A DNA stretch of 64,000 nt from Candidatus Nanohaloarchaea archaeon. Its GTDB lineage: Archaea > Nanohalarchaeota > Nanosalinia > Nanosalinales > Nanosalinaceae. Shown piece by piece: positions 59,644 to 64,000 of the stretch. A program made the position numbers and the translations under genes. The stretch spans positions 128,001 to 192,000 of the forward strand of contig JBEQBC010000001.1 of assembly GCA_041640035.1 (NCBI GenBank), written 5' to 3'. Numbering within the stretch: the first letter of the stretch is position 1; each line of letters starts with the position of its first letter. The notes under the pieces are model-generated. The model saw only the letters and a program-made list of their open reading frames with translations, made no database searches and was not told the DNA's origin.

Positions 59644-60146
59644 TTCATGAAGCAATACCGCTACCACCTGAAGCAACAACGCTCGCATTACTGGTAGGAC
59701 TGGTAGCGGTATTCTACATCGCCTACAAACTGATGGAGATGGTCTTCCAAACAATCACTATGTCCATTCTATCCGGAGCCTTCTACACAGCATTCTCATT
59801 CCTATTCCTAGGAGGAATACCGGGACTTGTGGATATACTGATGTTCTCACTGCTAGGCTCTGTACTCTACATAGTATTCACGCTGCTTGAATCAGCATAC
59901 ACAGTATCCAAACACCTGGTCAAGATACCAGTAGCGATCCTGGAAGCAATCCTGTACCCAGTAAAAAAATTATACAGCGCCTTAAAGGCGGAGATGGAGA
60001 AGGAGAGAACCAGCAACAGTAATGGAGAAGATGATTCTCAGGATTCCACGCCTCAAGAAGGTGGTGGAGATGACGATAACTCGGATGGTGGAAAAGGGAC
60101 TAAAGAAGTAGTTATTGATAAGGTCAGTCAGGAAGACGAAAATTAA
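59640..60146 (+). CDS. Membrane protein with acidic tail
   Basis: 3-4 TMs; ATGA-coupled to the surface protein. Confidence 0.78.
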   Translation: MIHEAIPLPPEATTLALLVGLVAVFYIAYKLMEMVFQTITMSILSGAFYTAFSFLFLGGIPGLVDILMFSLLGSVLYIVFTLLESAYTVSKHLVKIPVAILEAILYPVKKLYSALKAEMEKERTSNSNGEDDSQDSTPQEGGGDDDNSDGGKGTKEVVIDKVSQEDEN

Positions 60147-60712
60147 TTCTCTTTGAAATCTTGAAGTTCTCCTATCAAACGATCGAACTCTTCTTCAGTA
60201 GGTGATCCACGCAGAATCAGTTCTGAAATTATATTGTCTCCTACAAGATCCTTAAGGTACTCTGTCCTTCCACCTATATTCTCACCTTCACCTTCCTCTG
60301 TAAAACCATGCATTAGAACAGCTGCAGCGTGACTCAGATTCATGGAACTGTATCCAGGCGTATCGATATGAACGACTGCATCACAAATTTCAAGTTCCTC
60401 ATTACTCAGACCTGAATCCTCTCTCCCCAGAACCAAGGAGGTATTTTCTCTTGGCTGAAAATCTTCGAGACTGGATGCACGGCCCGGCTTAGTACCAACC
60501 ACAAAATCTAAATCTTCTATTGCATTACCTAGTTTTTCGAATATCTCTGCCTCGTCGAGTACATTCTGTGCGTTTGCCGCTGTATCCCGGCTTTCAGAAA
60601 GGTTGAATTCAGAATTAACTATCCGAAGTTCGGTATCATAGTTGCTGCATAGACGGGCTATGAATCCGGTGTTTTCCGGTATCTGCGGTTCTACAAGTAT
60701 TACTGCTTCCAT
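60143..60712 (-). CDS. SPOUT RNA methyltransferase (TrmJ/TrmH family)
   Basis: ILVEP..PEN.G.IAR, LGREDSGLSNEEL, YSSMNLSHA; start moved to MEAVIL. Confidence 0.9.
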   Translation of the reverse strand: MEAVILVEPQIPENTGFIARLCSNYDTELRIVNSEFNLSESRDTAANAQNVLDEAEIFEKLGNAIEDLDFVVGTKPGRASSLEDFQPRENTSLVLGREDSGLSNEELEICDAVVHIDTPGYSSMNLSHAAAVLMHGFTEEGEGENIGGRTEYLKDLVGDNIISELILRGSPTEEEFDRLIGELQDFKEN

Positions 60713-60760
60713 CCTGTGTACCAACCTATAAAACCATGTTAGGACATAAAATGTTTTACA

Positions 60761-61402
60761 GTGTTTGACGGAAAAACAGTAACCGCAGTATTTGTATCAC
60801 TCGCAATTATCGCCGTAGTAACATCAGGAGGAAATATCCAGACACCGGAAAACCTAAGTGAGGGCGGACTAGATCTAGGAAACCTGATTCCATCAGGCGA
60901 CCTATCATTTGAGAACCGTCCTGAACCAAACAATACGGTAGAGGCAGATTTCTCAGCAACTCTAGCTAACGATACCTTGAAAGTATACGATACTAACATG
61001 ACCTCCTCCGGACTTACAGAGATCGAATCAGAGCAGATTCAGGCAGATGAACCTATCCAGTTGATAGGATACAGCGGAGAAATACGGATCGGCTCCTCCG
61101 GAAAAGTTACACTTGTTGGAGAGGCTTCAGGATACAGTACCTCCGGTGTATCCTCAATGGAAACTTTTGAAGTAAACGCAACCCACACCACTTCCAGTAT
61201 GAACATGGATACAGTACGGCTTCAACATGCTTTCAACAACACTGAAGGCTCACTAAACAGTGCGACAAATCAGGGTTCAACCGCTGATACAGTTGAATTC
61301 AACTCCTTCACCGGAAATATAGTACTAGGCCTGAATCAGGGTAGTGTGGAGATGAATGGTAAGGTTGATCAACTTGAATCAGGTTCATTCGTGATTAATT
61401 AG
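60761..61402 (+). CDS. N-terminally anchored extracellular protein
   Basis: N-terminal TM, Ser/Thr/Asn-rich beta domain. Confidence 0.75.
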   Translation: MFDGKTVTAVFVSLAIIAVVTSGGNIQTPENLSEGGLDLGNLIPSGDLSFENRPEPNNTVEADFSATLANDTLKVYDTNMTSSGLTEIESEQIQADEPIQLIGYSGEIRIGSSGKVTLVGEASGYSTSGVSSMETFEVNATHTTSSMNMDTVRLQHAFNNTEGSLNSATNQGSTADTVEFNSFTGNIVLGLNQGSVEMNGKVDQLESGSFVIN

Positions 61403-61434
61403 GGTTAAAAAACTGGAGTGGCTTTAAACTTTCT

Positions 61435-62700
61435 ATGCTAGACCAACTTATCCCAGAGTTCGGAAACATCTATGTGATACTACAAATTCTGTCATTCTTC
61501 CTGTTCATCGGAATGTTCCTGTTCTTCCCAAAGATAATGATATGGCAGGCAAACAGGAAGCTAAGAGACACAATGATAGATCTAGAAGGCTACAAAGAGA
61601 CCACAGAGCAACTGTTCTTAGATAACCTTACAGATAACAAGACAGAAGCACTTGAACAGAAGTTCGAGAGCATGAAAGACTTCAAGGTTTCCGCGCCAAG
61701 CAATATCGATCCATCGGGAGCAGTACAGAGACTTGAACATGTACTCGACACATCCGAACACAAGTTCGACCGATTCGTCAAAAAGTACGCAGATACAGAA
61801 GACGAAGACGAACTAGCAAACCTCAACATGACATTCAAAGGCGTCATGGGAACCAACCAGATCTACAGAGTAGTAAGACACTTCAAAGAACTAATCAACA
61901 AGACAGGAAACATCCAGATCATCAGCATGGTCCAGATGACCCTTCCGATCTACAAAGAACTGGCAGAAAGCCAGAAAGAAGCATCAAGAGCATTCGCAGA
62001 CCAGGCACCAATCGGAGACAGCATCGGACCACTCGTCGCAGCACGACTTATCGAAAGCGAAGAACCGGAAGAAATCAGCGAAGACATTGTACACAGCGAA
62101 GAAGAGATTGACGACCAAGAAGTACATGTCCTGAAAAGCAACGGTCCAGGAGCACGACTAGGAAAATACGGCGACGCAATCGACCAACTAACAGATGAAA
62201 ACGATCTAGAAGCCATCATCACGGTAGACGCAGCCTCCAAGTTCGAAGGAGAAACAACCGGAGATGTAGCAGAAGGAGTAGGAGTCATGATGGGAGGACC
62301 AGGAGTAGAGAAAACAAAGATTGAGGAAGCAGCAACAGAACACGATGTACCGCTCGAAGGAGTAGTCATCAAACAATCTGCACCAGAAGCAAGCAAAGCG
62401 ATGAAACAGGAGATCTACAACTCCCACGAAGAAGCCGAAGACAAAGCTAAAGAACTAGCAGCAGAGTTCGACGGCCCGGTAGCAATCATCGGTGTAGGAA
62501 ACACAGTAGGAATACCAAACCGGAGAGAAGAAACCAGCACCGTACACAACCAATTACACAAGTACTGGGAAGAGTACGAGGAAGAGGAAGAAGACGAAGT
62601 CAGCTACATGGGAATCATGGGTATCATGCCTGGTGGCGACCAACAGGTCAGTCGAGTCCAGAACTTGAAGGATCAGGTACTCTGGACACTGGCGAGATAA
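61435..62700 (+). CDS. DUF1512-family protein
   Basis: DPSG.V..L, PIGDSIGPLVA, GPGA..GK.G, ITVDAA.K.EGE.TG.VAEGVGV.MGG.G.EK, GVGNT.GI. Confidence 0.88.
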   Translation: MLDQLIPEFGNIYVILQILSFFLFIGMFLFFPKIMIWQANRKLRDTMIDLEGYKETTEQLFLDNLTDNKTEALEQKFESMKDFKVSAPSNIDPSGAVQRLEHVLDTSEHKFDRFVKKYADTEDEDELANLNMTFKGVMGTNQIYRVVRHFKELINKTGNIQIISMVQMTLPIYKELAESQKEASRAFADQAPIGDSIGPLVAARLIESEEPEEISEDIVHSEEEIDDQEVHVLKSNGPGARLGKYGDAIDQLTDENDLEAIITVDAASKFEGETTGDVAEGVGVMMGGPGVEKTKIEEAATEHDVPLEGVVIKQSAPEASKAMKQEIYNSHEEAEDKAKELAAEFDGPVAIIGVGNTVGIPNRREETSTVHNQLHKYWEEYEEEEEDEVSYMGIMGIMPGGDQQVSRVQNLKDQVLWTLAR

Positions 62701-62788
62701 TTTCTCTATACTTTTTCTTCTCACTATTTTTCTATTTCTACCGTAGTTATCCCAAATCCATTTAATTAAGAATAGATATATCCTAATC

Positions 62789-64000
62789 ATGGGCAACAGT
62801 TTTAGGAAATTTTCTATACTACTAATCACAGTAATCTTTCTGATCTCGTTTTCTACAGCGGCTGAGTTAGCAACTTCAATTAACCCGGATACTGGATTAG
62901 AATCAGTTCCTTACGAAGATGGTGATACAGTTCAGGGCACAGTCAATGTCCAGTGGACTCAAGATGACCCTGACGATGTTCTGCCATGTGGAGGTTGTAC
63001 AGGTCCTACACAGCTTAAATGGGAGATCTGGATGACCTATCAGGACTCAAACGGAAACTGGTATACAGAACAGGTTGGAGAAACATCTTTCGGTCCGGGA
63101 GATTCGAGAAAGGAAGGAGATAATACAGACGAAACAATTAATTCGGTTACAATAAGTACTGAAAATAATGTGGATACAAGTAAGTATAATCAATTGGCTG
63201 TTAAACCGATTCTATCTTCGACGACAGGTACTGGCACTGATGAGGCAGATAGGCAGTACCTGATGTCTGAAAAGTCCGCAGATGATGGAGGAGGTACTGG
63301 TGGTAGTGGGAATACTAACCCTGTACCAAAACTCGATGTACCCTCTCAAGTTCAAGAAGGTAATAGCTTCACTGCGGATGCATCCGCCAGTAATGATCCT
63401 GACGGTTCAATCGAAAGTTATGATTGGGATTGGACTGACGATGGAACATATGAAAATTATGGTGCCCTAAAGACCGCAGATCATTTTTACATGTATCCGG
63501 GGACAAAGACTATCAGACTTAGGGTGAAAGATGACGATGGAGCAACATCCACCGTTACAAAGGACATAGAAGTAACACAAGACTGTCCTGAGGAGATGGT
63601 GGGTCAAATAGAGGTCACGCCTCCGGCAGGATTTATCAGTTATCCTATAAAGGCAGCTCTATGGAATAAGGATCCCTCTGGAACATATGAAGACTGGCTT
63701 TCGGGCTGTAATTATAACAGTGCCAACCCGAATGGCTGGTATGATTTGATTGACGGAACTGCACCGGTAAATGCCTCTGCAAATCAACCAAAACAATTCG
63801 TATGTGAGAACGGTACAACAAATCAGCTATCGGGATATGATTACCCTTCAGATCTAACTACTCAGCAGGAGAATTACTGGTTAAAAGCGGAGGACATGGC
63901 TCAAGAAAAGTGTCAGACAATTTCAAAAGAGGCATTTAATGTGACAGGTGAAACAGCACCTGTAACACAGTACTACATACCGCTATCAGCAATTCCGACC
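62789..64000 (+). CDS. Secreted PKD-domain surface protein, partial (runs off right edge)
   Basis: Open frame from ATG 62789 to window end; signal peptide MGNSFRKFSILLITVIFLISFSTA; PKD motif DASASNDPDGSIESYDWDW...PGTKTIRLRVKDDDG; not in ORF track. Confidence 0.88.
   Translation, partial: MGNSFRKFSILLITVIFLISFSTAAELATSINPDTGLESVPYEDGDTVQGTVNVQWTQDDPDDVLPCGGCTGPTQLKWEIWMTYQDSNGNWYTEQVGETSFGPGDSRKEGDNTDETINSVTISTENNVDTSKYNQLAVKPILSSTTGTGTDEADRQYLMSEKSADDGGGTGGSGNTNPVPKLDVPSQVQEGNSFTADASASNDPDGSIESYDWDWTDDGTYENYGALKTADHFYMYPGTKTIRLRVKDDDGATSTVTKDIEVTQDCPEEMVGQIEVTPPAGFISYPIKAALWNKDPSGTYEDWLSGCNYNSANPNGWYDLIDGTAPVNASANQPKQFVCENGTTNQLSGYDYPSDLTTQQENYWLKAEDMAQEKCQTISKEAFNVTGETAPVTQYYIPLSAIPT

Noticed and set aside
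63282-63470. 62-aa ORF
   Set aside because: Out-of-frame within the longer PKD protein ORF starting at 62789

Overview
Gene-dense chromosomal segment of a halophilic, genome-reduced archaeon, most consistent with Nanohaloarchaeota (DPANN). This call is an inference from the acidic proteome, archaeal information genes, mid GC and leaderless TATA-type promoters. The window holds housekeeping genes (ileS, cysS, thiI, dinB, udg, hef, histone, rpl18a-pfdA-ftsY, srp54, pus10-rpl21e-rpoF-DUF655-ksgA-pyrG-hemK), three tRNAs (Tyr, Ser, Cys), a stand-alone 5S rRNA and an SRP RNA. It also holds an ABC exporter module, a NUDIX cluster, a HerA/membrane-protein/Hef/archaeosortase/type IV pilus locus and surface proteins. 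No CRISPR, transposase or integrase was seen. Most notable observations: (1) a candidate cysteine-sensing leaderless uORF attenuator upstream of cysS; (2) an SRP RNA lacking helix 6 and with a UGAC tetraloop; (3) near-total ACGT depletion; (4) a possible membrane DNA-translocation locus; (5) several enzyme folds with substituted catalytic residues; (6) a probable CTG start codon. All product calls come from motif recognition by eye; no searches were run.
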